A DNA stretch of 64,000 nt from Candidatus Methanoperedenaceae archaeon. GTDB lineage: Archaea > Halobacteriota > Methanosarcinia > Methanosarcinales > Methanoperedenaceae. The notes beneath the pieces are model-generated. The model had not been told where the DNA came from. It searched no databases and was given only the letters and a program-made list of their open reading frames with translations. Location: contig CAVWCX010000007.1 of the NCBI GenBank assembly GCA_963753595.1, positions 96,001 to 160,000 on the forward strand, read 5' to 3'. The position numbers and the translations under genes are program-made. Of the stretch, positions 8,687 to 18,234 are shown one piece after another. The first letter of the stretch is position 1. Each line of letters starts with the position of its first letter.

Positions 8687-11600
8687 AGTCTCATCTCCGT
8701 TAATTCGATTCCCCCGGGATTCACGGTAAGGAGTTCGGCAAGTATTTGCCTGCTATTATCCAGACTTGCAATACCGGCTCCCAGGTAAGCTTTCAGCGCC
8801 GGCATATCCCCTTTCAGGTAGAGGGCATTCAGATCAACAGCTATAACCCCTTCTACTCCCTGCATTACTGCAAGCACCTCGCTCTCAGTGACCGCCTGCC
8901 CGAAGCTGCGCTGCTCGAATGAGAATGCCTGCTTCAGAACATCAGTGATAGCAACCAGGACCTTCTCTTTAATGTACCTGCTATCCACCTGCACACTTGC
9001 AGACAGGTTGAAGAAGAGTGGATTAAAAGAATCTATGCGGAACTGCTGTACAGGGTCCTTGGCTCCCTTGATACCAAGCCAGAGGTTCTTATATAGTTCT
9101 GACATCTTATCGACCATCCCTGCATCGGCTGAAGCGACGGTGATATGTACGAAGTGCACCTCGCCATCCCGGAGCCATGCAGCCCGGGCTTTTCCGATAC
9201 CGGCGAAGGCACGGGTAAAATCTTCAAAATCCTGCAATGATACGATGCGGTCAAGCGTGAGTACTTTCTGGGGCGCATTCTGTTTCGCCTGGTCGCGGGT
9301 TTCGGGGTCAGCTGCCCCTGTAGGAGCAAGTGGGTTAATAACTCCTTTCACACCCAGGGGGCGTGTCATCAGGAGGCTTAACTGGTTCGCTTTGACCATA
9401 CCCTGCATTCCGATACCAGTCCTGTAAGTAGCTGTAATATTTTCCTGCCCTGAAGTAAGCCTTGCTCCATTTTTTCCATCACCAAAGGTAAGGGTAGTAT
9501 TACCGTTATCATCTATGCGTATGATATGACCCTGGATGCGCGCATCCAGCCCGTAAAGGGAAGGCACTTCCTGCCATTTTACATCGTTTACCCTTACCTC
9601 AATTGTGCTTTCAGTGCCGCTTGGGGTCTTTGCAGATACATAGGTAAGAGGTTTTTTAAGCATAAAATGCTGGTTCGCCCGGGCACCGCTGCCGCTTCCC
9701 AGCACTTCGCGCACTGTTTCGCCGTGAGTGGCACGCGCCACATTGGCATAGATAGTCACTGTGGCGGGGTCATAGCAGTTCTGCATCCTCTGCTTGAGGA
9801 CAAGAATGGTTCCCGTTTCTGAGATCCCTTCAAGCTCTGCCGCTTCGCTGACAGCCGTATCCTGCGGTGCTGCAGGCATCTGCAGGATACTATCATGAAG
9901 TGCGGTCACCGAACCTGTGAATCCGTCCCTGTCCATCAATGTCCAGCGCAAATCAGTACCAATTTCAACCTGTGGCTCCAATACCTGGAGCACATCTCCT
10001 GGCCGGATGGTTTTTACTCTCTCGCCATCGGAGGATACAAGTTCAAGCCCGGCCCGTGTAACAAGGGCACGCATCCGCTTGCCGCTGATAATAAGGATCT
10101 TGCCTTTGTCAAGCCCGGATACAAGGTTACCAAGTTCAATTTCATTACCTGACAACAAATCGGTGCGCGGCGTTTCGGCAATGTCAAGTTGCTCGCTCTG
10201 GGCGAAGACAATGGTTTGCCGAAGATTATCAAAGTTATCAGAAATTTCTTCGTGTAGGGTCACCCGCGTTGTTTTTCCTGTCAATGTGAAATTGGATTGC
10301 GAATCTTCCACCACATTTTTAATTATATAAGGTTCTTTGTAATATGGAGAAGATAAAATCAACCAACTGTCTGGTAATATCTGCTGATAGACAGCATCTA
10401 AAAAAATATTCTTCTTATCCTGTGAGATTTTGAATCCTGGCCATTCATCGTATTTCTGATAAAAATCAGGTCGATAAAGATTAGCTTCAGGAATAATCTC
10501 ATTCTTATTATCGGGAGTTTGCCAGGACAGTTTGATTATCCCCTCACCAATACCTATGTGATAGTATTCCAGCTTAATATCGTAAATTTGTCCTTTCACA
10601 AGCGATATCGTTGCGCTGTCTTTTGTAGATCCGTGATCCGTCCAGTTATTGATAATCAATTTGCCATCCACCCATAACCTGGTCCCATCATCAGATTGAG
10701 TGTAAAACGTGTAGATCCCGGTAAACTCAGGCTTAACAAAACCTGTCCAGCGAGCTGAGAAGTTATTAAAGTTGACGGCAAGATCAGGAGAACTTGTACC
10801 CTGCCAGTTCACCTGAGTTTCTCTCTTTATCACTTTTGGACTTACCACATTTGGATTGATATTATTAAAATATTCTGCATACAAGCCTGTATCGCTGTTT
10901 GAGGGATTTATATAGTTTTTTTTAACATTGGCCGGCATTGTACGCCAGTCAGGTGCATTATATCCGAAAATGGACGCACGCAAACGAAAAGCATATATCT
11001 TGAGTTCCTCTTCCGTCGTTGTCAGTTCTTTATTCCAGGTTGCCTGTGTGCATCCAGCGGCTATATCAGCAGTAACGGCCTTCACTATTCGAAAATTGGG
11101 ATCACTGCCAGGGTACTTACCCATAAAGAGAAGGCCGTCCCCGGGTTTCAATCTTGTTGCGGTGCTTTTGAGATAAACCTCTTTGCTGCCCATAACCGGT
11201 ATTTTCTTCTCGGTCAGTCTCGGTTTCAATTCATTCCATGCCGCCCTTGCCTCTATCTTTTCGATAGTTTCAAAGGTCTGTGGTTTCTCGTTCTGCCCGG
11301 GAATGCTCATTACCTTTACACCTGTATCAATGGTTGCATAGCCCGGCGTGCCCGGGGCATTATCCAGGGTAAACGCCAGGAATGTACTTGCTGCAACACC
11401 GGGCTTGAGTTCATACCCGATGGCGCGGGCAAGCTCGATCACCGAACTTCGCTCAACAGCCGTGAGAAGGTTGCCCTCATTTGCAATTCTTTCCTGGTAA
11501 AAAGTGAGCACATCAAGCACGCAAGCCCATGCATCGATCAAAGCAATGGACGGATCGTCATCTTCCCTGATGGTCAATCCGCCAAGAGCCTTCAGGCTGG

Positions 11601-11757
11601 ATAGTGCGGCTATCATCGTTGTTTTAAAGCTTCCGTGCGTCCCGACCCTGTAAGAGAGAGCAGGAAGACCTGGAAGGTTTTCAAGCGAAACAGGGGTCAG
11701 GGCAGTTATACCTTTGCAGCAGCCGCAGGTATCATTAGTCTTGTTCTTGGAATTCAT
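8683..11757 (-). CDS. baseplate J-like protein with an inserted PA14 domain
   Basis: DDPSIALIDAWA..DVLTFYQERIANE, LTFGDG..GAR, DRIVSLQDFEDF; PA14-type segment FSARWTG...SDDG.RLWVDG. Confidence 0.85.
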   Translation of the reverse strand: MNSKNKTNDTCGCCKGITALTPVSLENLPGLPALSYRVGTHGSFKTTMIAALSSLKALGGLTIREDDDPSIALIDAWACVLDVLTFYQERIANEGNLLTAVERSSVIELARAIGYELKPGVAASTFLAFTLDNAPGTPGYATIDTGVKVMSIPGQNEKPQTFETIEKIEARAAWNELKPRLTEKKIPVMGSKEVYLKSTATRLKPGDGLLFMGKYPGSDPNFRIVKAVTADIAAGCTQATWNKELTTTEEELKIYAFRLRASIFGYNAPDWRTMPANVKKNYINPSNSDTGLYAEYFNNINPNVVSPKVIKRETQVNWQGTSSPDLAVNFNNFSARWTGFVKPEFTGIYTFYTQSDDGTRLWVDGKLIINNWTDHGSTKDSATISLVKGQIYDIKLEYYHIGIGEGIIKLSWQTPDNKNEIIPEANLYRPDFYQKYDEWPGFKISQDKKNIFLDAVYQQILPDSWLILSSPYYKEPYIIKNVVEDSQSNFTLTGKTTRVTLHEEISDNFDNLRQTIVFAQSEQLDIAETPRTDLLSGNEIELGNLVSGLDKGKILIISGKRMRALVTRAGLELVSSDGERVKTIRPGDVLQVLEPQVEIGTDLRWTLMDRDGFTGSVTALHDSILQMPAAPQDTAVSEAAELEGISETGTILVLKQRMQNCYDPATVTIYANVARATHGETVREVLGSGSGARANQHFMLKKPLTYVSAKTPSGTESTIEVRVNDVKWQEVPSLYGLDARIQGHIIRIDDNGNTTLTFGDGKNGARLTSGQENITATYRTGIGMQGMVKANQLSLLMTRPLGVKGVINPLAPTGAADPETRDQAKQNAPQKVLTLDRIVSLQDFEDFTRAFAGIGKARAAWLRDGEVHFVHITVASADAGMVDKMSELYKNLWLGIKGAKDPVQQFRIDSFNPLFFNLSASVQVDSRYIKEKVLVAITDVLKQAFSFEQRSFGQAVTESEVLAVMQGVEGVIAVDLNALYLKGDMPALKAYLGAGIASLDNSRQILAELLTVNPGGIELTEMRL

Positions 11758-14696
11758 AAGCCACCATCCATGTTAAAATCAATTTTGCCGTTTTCAGGAA
11801 AGTTAGGGTCATTATCGAGCCTTATTACTTCAAGTGTCCCCGGTATCAGGACCCCGTTTTCTATCTCATGGACAGGCAGTTTGCCCCAGCGCTGGAAAAG
11901 CGTCACTTTAACCCATGCTACACCTGCAACTCCCATGGCCGCTTCATACATGCGGCTTAGATATACGGGCTGGCTGAAGGTGAAATTATCGGGGTGGAAG
12001 AAACCGCGCCTGCCGTTTACGAGTTCATGGTTACTGAAAGCGAGAAGTAAGGATTGTTTGACATTGCTTCGGAAGTATCCGGGTTTGACACAGACGTTCA
12101 TTGCGATCTCAAGGGGCACGTAAATCGGGCTGTTAATCTCAATATCATAACCAGCTATCCTGTATTGATCCAGGAAAGTCAGCATTTTTTTCTTGAAATC
12201 ATCATTTACATCGCCTCCGCCTTTTCTGTCGATCGTGACAAATGCCGTATGCCAGCTCCCGGTCCAACGGATGTTCGCTATGGCTTTTTGAACTCCGGGA
12301 TGCTTTTGTGCCATCTCTTCATAATCTGCCTCGGTAACAGCCCGTTCCTGGGTACGGAATGCCTGCGGGGCATAGAGGCGCACCTGTTCCATCGGTTCAG
12401 GGTCAGTGCCGCCAGATGCGGGCAGAGGATTACGCACGCGATTTATGCCGCCACCTTTTATGGCAATACGGGAAATAGCCCCTGTGCCAACATTACCTGC
12501 CCTGCCGTTCCCGATCCTGTAAGTTGCTTTGAATGTGGAACCTTCAATGGGCATTTCGCCCAATATATTATCGCCAAAGCGAAGGTAGGAAAAGCCATCC
12601 AGCTCATTCTCAACTACGAACTCAGCAGCAAATTTGTCACTGGCGAGCAAATCATATTGCACAGACCACTTCGTCGCTTCATTGTTTTTGTCTTTGCTTA
12701 CAAGGTTAATTGCAGGAATAGCTTTTCGTATGTCCCTGAGCATAGCAGAAACGGCAGGTTTCTTTAGATCGGTATCCAGGTTAAACTGTTCACGGTATGT
12801 CAGAGGTCCGGAAATGAGCCTTGGACAGTATGAACCTTTTTCGGGCACCAGATCAGGCACCATGGCTTCAGTAACGGTGCGCCCGTGGTCAACCAGAACC
12901 GCATTTCCCCGCGCAACGGCTATATCTGAGATGCGACTGTCTTTAATGGGGGCTGAAATACACAGGGGAAAGGGAAGGGCATCGTCTTCATGCCATTTAA
13001 TTTCCACAACTGGCGTATTATCCAGGGGGTCTTTCATTTTAGTTACTTTGGTCAGGCGGACCGCATGACGGTGGGAGGGATCTGCATCTTTCCCGGTCGT
13101 CGGGCTGCATACTTCTTCAAATACCAGGACATCCCCTGCATTAAGGAATAATTCATCGATATCAAATAAAGTCGCCTGCGTACTGCCGCGCGGCAGGCAG
13201 CATGCGGTATCGTTCCATGTATAAAACCTGATACGATTGTGGGCGCTGTACAATGTCACAGGATACATAGTCTCGAACACCGTGACGTCACCTGTCAAAA
13301 AAGACCTGAGTTTGTCAGGATCAACTACGGCAGCTTTATCAGAACCGCGTGTAAGAAGGATCGTGCCCTTTGGCAGAGGTCTGCCATATACATTAAGTAG
13401 TCCGCTCTCTTTTTTTATCTGGAGGCTGTAAGTTTGATTATCATCTATTTTTAATATCGCATTTTCTTCACTTTTATCAAGCGTAATCTCTACTGATTTT
13501 CCATAGCTAATGATACTGATAATTTTATTATCCTTTGATATACTGATCGTTGCATTTTTTGCCCATTCGATGCCAAGGACATCCATAAGGAAATTCAGTA
13601 CCCTGCTTTTATCCTTTCCGATTGCGCTGTCCCAGTTAAACCAGTATGCTTTGCCATCTATTGCCTTGTACTCATCAACCTCCAGGCATACCCAGGCACG
13701 CGCATTGCAGCCTTCGTGCATGAAATAATCAAGTAGCCTAGCATGGCGCCGCAAAGATATCCTTTTGCGGGCAGTGCCAAGATACGCATCAGTGGCGACA
13801 GCATCCTGGAAATAGCTCAGGTTATCGCCTACATATGCAAGCATTTCCACCAGCGCAACCTGGAGGTCGGCAGGGTTTCGCTCTCTCCAGTCAGGCATGA
13901 TGACGCTTAACCTGTCCAGCATGAGGCGACGGAAGCTGGCATAATCCTTGGCAAGATAATCTATCTCAGGTTCTGGCAGTTTTTCCGGAGGACATTCACT
14001 TTGCGGCTTGCAGTCAAATTCAGCAGGGCATTTGACCTTGAACGAGAAGTCCACATGCGATAACTGTGGATCAAAGCCGTCGGGCGGCGATAGGTCGGTT
14101 TTTGATTTAACTATACGGAGCGTATATTTTGAAAAATCCCCAAGACTGTTTACTGTAACATTAACAATTTTACCTTCCTGATTAACGGGTTCCATGGGGC
14201 CCACTTCTACGTTCTTGATCCTTACGCCTCCTTCGATAACCACATTGGCTTCCGTTAGCTCCTTGCCTCTTAGGGGAACTGAAAGAGGGAAAATGAAATG
14301 AACCTCTAACGTGCTCTTTCCAGTTTCTCCGTCAACTTTTACCTCAAGGTAATCAATCCCGTTAATCGTCGGAGTGTATATGTTCAGAGTGCCATTTTCC
14401 ATCTTCGCATTGAGTTCAGAGGTTCCATCGCCACCGATTTTGAGGATCACTTTAGTGCTATCATCATTAAGTTCCAGAGAAACAGAATTTGTACCAGTAG
14501 ATACATTTATGGTCTTACCATCGATTTTTTTAATGTTTGCTTTTGTTACCCAATCAAGATCAAAAATTTGTTTTAGACAGTCTATAAGTTTAACATTATC
14601 GTTTCTTAGAATATCATCCCAGCTAAACAAATACGTCAGGTGACTGGCAACTGCCTGGCGTCTGCCCTCTTTATTGCAGCGGTATTGTGTACCCAT
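11754..14696 (-). CDS. baseplate J-like protein (Afp11/gp6-like) with two inserted ~86-aa modules
   Basis: IDYLAKDYASFRRLMLDRL, LSYFQDAVATDAYLGTA, RFGD..G, RAVTEADY motifs. Confidence 0.88.
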   Translation of the reverse strand: MGTQYRCNKEGRRQAVASHLTYLFSWDDILRNDNVKLIDCLKQIFDLDWVTKANIKKIDGKTINVSTGTNSVSLELNDDSTKVILKIGGDGTSELNAKMENGTLNIYTPTINGIDYLEVKVDGETGKSTLEVHFIFPLSVPLRGKELTEANVVIEGGVRIKNVEVGPMEPVNQEGKIVNVTVNSLGDFSKYTLRIVKSKTDLSPPDGFDPQLSHVDFSFKVKCPAEFDCKPQSECPPEKLPEPEIDYLAKDYASFRRLMLDRLSVIMPDWRERNPADLQVALVEMLAYVGDNLSYFQDAVATDAYLGTARKRISLRRHARLLDYFMHEGCNARAWVCLEVDEYKAIDGKAYWFNWDSAIGKDKSRVLNFLMDVLGIEWAKNATISISKDNKIISIISYGKSVEITLDKSEENAILKIDDNQTYSLQIKKESGLLNVYGRPLPKGTILLTRGSDKAAVVDPDKLRSFLTGDVTVFETMYPVTLYSAHNRIRFYTWNDTACCLPRGSTQATLFDIDELFLNAGDVLVFEEVCSPTTGKDADPSHRHAVRLTKVTKMKDPLDNTPVVEIKWHEDDALPFPLCISAPIKDSRISDIAVARGNAVLVDHGRTVTEAMVPDLVPEKGSYCPRLISGPLTYREQFNLDTDLKKPAVSAMLRDIRKAIPAINLVSKDKNNEATKWSVQYDLLASDKFAAEFVVENELDGFSYLRFGDNILGEMPIEGSTFKATYRIGNGRAGNVGTGAISRIAIKGGGINRVRNPLPASGGTDPEPMEQVRLYAPQAFRTQERAVTEADYEEMAQKHPGVQKAIANIRWTGSWHTAFVTIDRKGGGDVNDDFKKKMLTFLDQYRIAGYDIEINSPIYVPLEIAMNVCVKPGYFRSNVKQSLLLAFSNHELVNGRRGFFHPDNFTFSQPVYLSRMYEAAMGVAGVAWVKVTLFQRWGKLPVHEIENGVLIPGTLEVIRLDNDPNFPENGKIDFNMDGGL

Positions 14697-15053
14697 TTAC
14701 ATCACTCTCTTAAATTCATCGACATTGCTTTGCTGGTTACTTCTGACCTTATACCGCACTTTAACGCTCACCGTACTGTCCTCGCCTGTAACCTGTACAT
14801 CTTCGACCAGGATCAAATCCCCAAGCCACTGCTGTAAAGCACCCTGTACAGTCAGTTGCACGGCTGCTGTCAGCATGTCGCTATTGGGAGCAAAGACAAG
14901 CTGCAATAAGCCGCTCCCGAAAGTTGGGCGGTTGACCCGTTCGCCGGGTGAAGTGAACAGCACCTGCTCAATAAGATCGCGGATGTGCTTGGTGTCATCA
15001 GCACTGGCAGTACGCCCGCGGCCATCGAAATGGAATGGATAGTCTATGTTCAT
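14697..15053 (-). CDS. gp25/gpW-like baseplate protein
   Basis: IEQVLFTSPGERVNRPTFGSGL..LVF motif. Confidence 0.92.
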   Translation of the reverse strand: MNIDYPFHFDGRGRTASADDTKHIRDLIEQVLFTSPGERVNRPTFGSGLLQLVFAPNSDMLTAAVQLTVQGALQQWLGDLILVEDVQVTGEDSTVSVKVRYKVRSNQQSNVDEFKRVM

Positions 15054-15376
15054 CAAATCCCCTTGACTCGCATCTGGTTAACTATAATATTCAACCCTGT
15101 ACCTGTTGGAACACAGACTGCCTGGCTGTCCTGCAGAAGTACAGGCATTCCACCTGCCTTCACGCGTATCGCTGCGGTTACCCACTGGGCTGTCACGCAT
15201 GGTCCGGTGCCCGCCGGTGGCACGAATGGACACCCGACAATCGTATAAGTGCTCATTTGGGTCACAACCGGCTGGCTGTTTACTTTTACGCGCGGGTTAG
15301 AAACGACCGGCTGCGCCTGCCCGGAATGCATACACATCACCGTAGCGCTGGAATGGAGAAGATAACCCGGCATCAT
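15053..15376 (-). CDS. PAAR-like (DUF4280-type) spike tip
   Basis: Cys-rich: C.H.G ... GCPF....PC...W; directly follows the spike gene. Confidence 0.75.
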   Translation of the reverse strand: MMPGYLLHSSATVMCMHSGQAQPVVSNPRVKVNSQPVVTQMSTYTIVGCPFVPPAGTGPCVTAQWVTAAIRVKAGGMPVLLQDSQAVCVPTGTGLNIIVNQMRVKGI

Positions 15377-16023
15377 GTCACCTCCAGTGCGCCATTGTTT
15401 ATTGTTACCTGCGATCCTGACATCTTGATACTTGCTCCCTGCCCGTTGGTTATCTCAATGCCACTTGAGCTTATCACCATCTTCTGTCCACCCGATGTCT
15501 CAAGCTTGATTTCCTGCCCATTGGTTATCTGGATGCCATTTGAGTCTATGACTATCTTCTGTCCCCCTGATGCCTCAATCTTGATTACCTGCCCTTTGGT
15601 TATCTCGATGCCATTTGAATCCATGACTATCTTCTGTCCTCCTGATGTTTCAAGGGTGATCCCTCCGGAGCCGGATGTATCGTCCAGCAGGATACTGTGG
15701 CCGCTCTCGGTCTTGAGCATCACTTTTTTATAAGGTTCTGAAAGTAGCACCGGCGGCATTTCGGCAGAAGAGCCCCACCAGCATCCTGACCATATCGGAT
15801 AGTCCGGGTCGCCGTGCTCAAATTCTATCCAGACACCCGCATCTGTAACAGGAAGCGCAAAAAAGCCCATGGCTTTGCCGCCAAAAGGCGCGCACGGCAT
15901 CGCCCAGCCGCTCTCCTGGTCGCCCAGTACATCGGGCACCTTTGCACATATCCTCCCTATCATTAGCGGGTCTTTATTATCAGTCACAATACCTCGATAT
16001 TTTCCATAGAAAGTATTACTCAT
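15373..16023 (-). CDS. baseplate assembly protein V / gp5-like spike
   Basis: YGKYRGIV..NKDP...GRI..KVP, WAMP, VWIEFEHGDPDYPIWSG; beta-strand repeats at the C-terminus. Confidence 0.9.
   Translation of the reverse strand: MSNTFYGKYRGIVTDNKDPLMIGRICAKVPDVLGDQESGWAMPCAPFGGKAMGFFALPVTDAGVWIEFEHGDPDYPIWSGCWWGSSAEMPPVLLSEPYKKVMLKTESGHSILLDDTSGSGGITLETSGGQKIVMDSNGIEITKGQVIKIEASGGQKIVIDSNGIQITNGQEIKLETSGGQKMVISSSGIEITNGQGASIKMSGSQVTINNGALEVT
15437..15655. repeat. three 75-bp (25-aa) tandem repeats in the spike gene
   Basis: [LI]E[TA]SGGQK.V..S.GI.IT.GQ repeated three times. Confidence 0.85.
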
Positions 16024-17156
16024 GGTCGTACAACCGGCAGTAAAGCGCCGGTTCCCTCCTTGCTGATCTTGAAGTCTTGTTTATAAGTTGCACTTTTTTG
16101 GGGGCTGCCAAGCTCGATTATGTGTTTGATGCTTCGCACGTAATAGTTGCCGTTATAGGAAAAACCAACCCCACGGACACCCACCAGTTTGCGGGCGCGC
16201 AGCACGTAGCCGTAGCGCAACGTATCGAGTTCTCCATCACCAGTAACCGCTTCATGTGCGCCAGTCACAGCGGCGACTGCGCTTGTGGATGCCTGTGCAG
16301 GGTTCTGGTTAGCTGTGTCTCTCAATATCATAATACGTTTTGCCTCCATTGGATTTGCTGCAAGCGGCGGTATGCGCAGTGACGGAAGCGTCGGGATCGG
16401 GATACTTACCTTTGTTTTAGGTTCGACAAAAGCCCCTTTGGTGCCAACAGGTGAAAGTGCGTCCTGCGAAAAGCGAAGTGAATTAACATTTGTCCACGAG
16501 CCCATGTTCATCGTCAGGGCAGGCTGTGGAATGCCCAGGCGGTTATCCGGACCCCAGTATGCGGTGTTCGAGCCGAAGGTTAGCGGCTCGATATAGAATA
16601 TAAAGCCGTTGCGTTTCGCGAGGCGCTTGATGAACTTCAGGTCAGTCTCATGCTGGCGCGGGATGCGTTCTGTAACGATTGGCACATCCGTGGTTGGCGT
16701 TATAGCCGGTACCAGCCCGTATTGCGCGTAAGAACCGATCAGTTGCGTTACTATCAGGGAATCAGTCTGGTTTTCGTACTTCTCGTTTTTCTGCTCAAGG
16801 TCAAGCATCTGGCTGACATCTTTGCCTGTAACAACGAGTGTAGACGTCCCGGGCTCGTTTCCTGGCAGTATCTGGTGATGTGCGATCACACCATCTATTA
16901 GAACTTCAGGAGTTGCGCCCAGTATTACCCCGATCATTACCCTGGTATAAGGCTCAATAATTCCGCTTTGAAGAATTCCGTAATCCATGGTTTTATCTTT
17001 GCCAAGGCTGAAAGTCATCTGGAAGCCGTCGCCATTTTCATCATCATTGGTTACTTCGACTTTGAGGAGTGAGTCCAGCACTTCGGATGGAGCGGGCTGC
17101 GGTATGGTTTTTCCCATCCACAGTACAAGACGCACACCAAGAATGCTTGCTAACAT
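16020..17156 (-). CDS. gpD/gp27-like hub protein (late control D family)
   Basis: GKDVSQMLD, Q.ETDLKFIKRLAKRNG, YNGNYYV..I.H motifs; immediately precedes the spike gene. Confidence 0.8.
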   Translation of the reverse strand: MLASILGVRLVLWMGKTIPQPAPSEVLDSLLKVEVTNDDENGDGFQMTFSLGKDKTMDYGILQSGIIEPYTRVMIGVILGATPEVLIDGVIAHHQILPGNEPGTSTLVVTGKDVSQMLDLEQKNEKYENQTDSLIVTQLIGSYAQYGLVPAITPTTDVPIVTERIPRQHETDLKFIKRLAKRNGFIFYIEPLTFGSNTAYWGPDNRLGIPQPALTMNMGSWTNVNSLRFSQDALSPVGTKGAFVEPKTKVSIPIPTLPSLRIPPLAANPMEAKRIMILRDTANQNPAQASTSAVAAVTGAHEAVTGDGELDTLRYGYVLRARKLVGVRGVGFSYNGNYYVRSIKHIIELGSPQKSATYKQDFKISKEGTGALLPVVRP

Positions 17157-17165
17157 AGAATCCTT

Positions 17166-17468
17166 TTACATGAACGGCAGATTGATCTTTATCCGGCTGC
17201 CGCTCTGGGCCGTAAGCTCATCCGGATCCAGGATAAGATTGGCATCGCAGACCCTCCAGAACAGGGTGGGGTCGCCCAGGTAGAGCGCCGTGATATTATC
17301 GAGCCGCTCCCCCTGTATAACTGTGTGTTCAACAAGTGTGGTCGTTCCCTCTGATGACGGGATAAAGCGGCGGCGCTTGTAAACAATCATGCGCTCTTTG
17401 CCGTCGCTGTCTTTTACAGTGATGGTCGCATTGTTTATTTTGAAATAACGGCTGTTGGTATCGAACAT
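17166..17468 (-). CDS. LysM-like (tail X) protein
   Basis: HTVIQGERLDNITALYLGDPTLFWRVCDAN. Confidence 0.85.
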   Translation of the reverse strand: MFDTNSRYFKINNATITVKDSDGKERMIVYKRRRFIPSSEGTTTLVEHTVIQGERLDNITALYLGDPTLFWRVCDANLILDPDELTAQSGSRIKINLPFM

Positions 17469-17473
17469 AATAT

Positions 17474-18121
17474 TTATAAACCTCCTAATAGTGAAGACGA
17501 TGCTGAAATATTGCCGACGCTGCCTATGGTTGCCATTACTTCTTTGGCTACCTGGTGCGCCATGAACAGCGAGCCGCCAAAGCTTTTCATTCCCAGGTCC
17601 TGGTAATTAAGTACGCGCAGGGTCAGTTTGACTTTGGCATGTATGGGATTCAATTTAGGGTCGAAACTTTCTTCGGTGATGACGAACTGGGTAATACGCA
17701 CAGGAAGAACCCGCTTTACTCCCCACGCGAATAAGGTCAGCGGCGCCTCAGGCGGCATTATTTCGATAACGCCAAGAGAGGACAATACTTCATTGGCAAT
17801 AACCAGCGCAGACTTTGGATACAGCAGCATTTCAAGCGACGCCAGCGCAGGATAGATGCCCATTGAAGTGGCAGTGCTTTCTGCCTTCTCAAGCTGGTCT
17901 GCGGCATCAATGACAAGGTCAAGAGTAATGTCTTCTTCAGGCGGGCCGTTCAGGCGCAGTGCTTCGCCCTTATTCGTACCTCCGGTAGCCTGCATCTTAA
18001 GTGTACGTGAAAGCGTTACAGGATTATACTGGAACACTACCACGCTTGCCAGCGGGTTTATCGGGTCAAGCCCGATCAAGGCACCTTTTTGCAGGCGCGG
18101 GGATCCGGGGAATGTGGTCAT
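17474..18121 (-). CDS. eCIS tube-initiator-like protein
   Basis: FQYNP..L.R ... FAWG..RVLPVRIT...ITEESFDPKLNPIHAKV; precedes the LysM gene. Confidence 0.7.
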   Translation of the reverse strand: MTTFPGSPRLQKGALIGLDPINPLASVVVFQYNPVTLSRTLKMQATGGTNKGEALRLNGPPEEDITLDLVIDAADQLEKAESTATSMGIYPALASLEMLLYPKSALVIANEVLSSLGVIEIMPPEAPLTLFAWGVKRVLPVRITQFVITEESFDPKLNPIHAKVKLTLRVLNYQDLGMKSFGGSLFMAHQVAKEVMATIGSVGNISASSSLLGGL

Positions 18122-18234
18122 GGTTGGGTACTCCTTTTTGTGATTTTATTAAAATGTTCGTAAAAATTTCATCAGTCGTTATCATATTTACCATTGTTTG
18201 GTGCATGGAATGCACCTACCTCGCTACAATGGCC

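Noticed and set aside
13386-14633. Inteins as the explanation for the baseplate insertions
   Set aside because: The inserts lack the N-terminal Cys/Ser and C-terminal His-Asn splice motifs and are shorter than minimal inteins.
18122-18234. Immunity gene after the DUF4157 toxin
   Set aside because: Only a short frame (MHQTMVN...) running out of frame into the next gene; too short and featureless to call.
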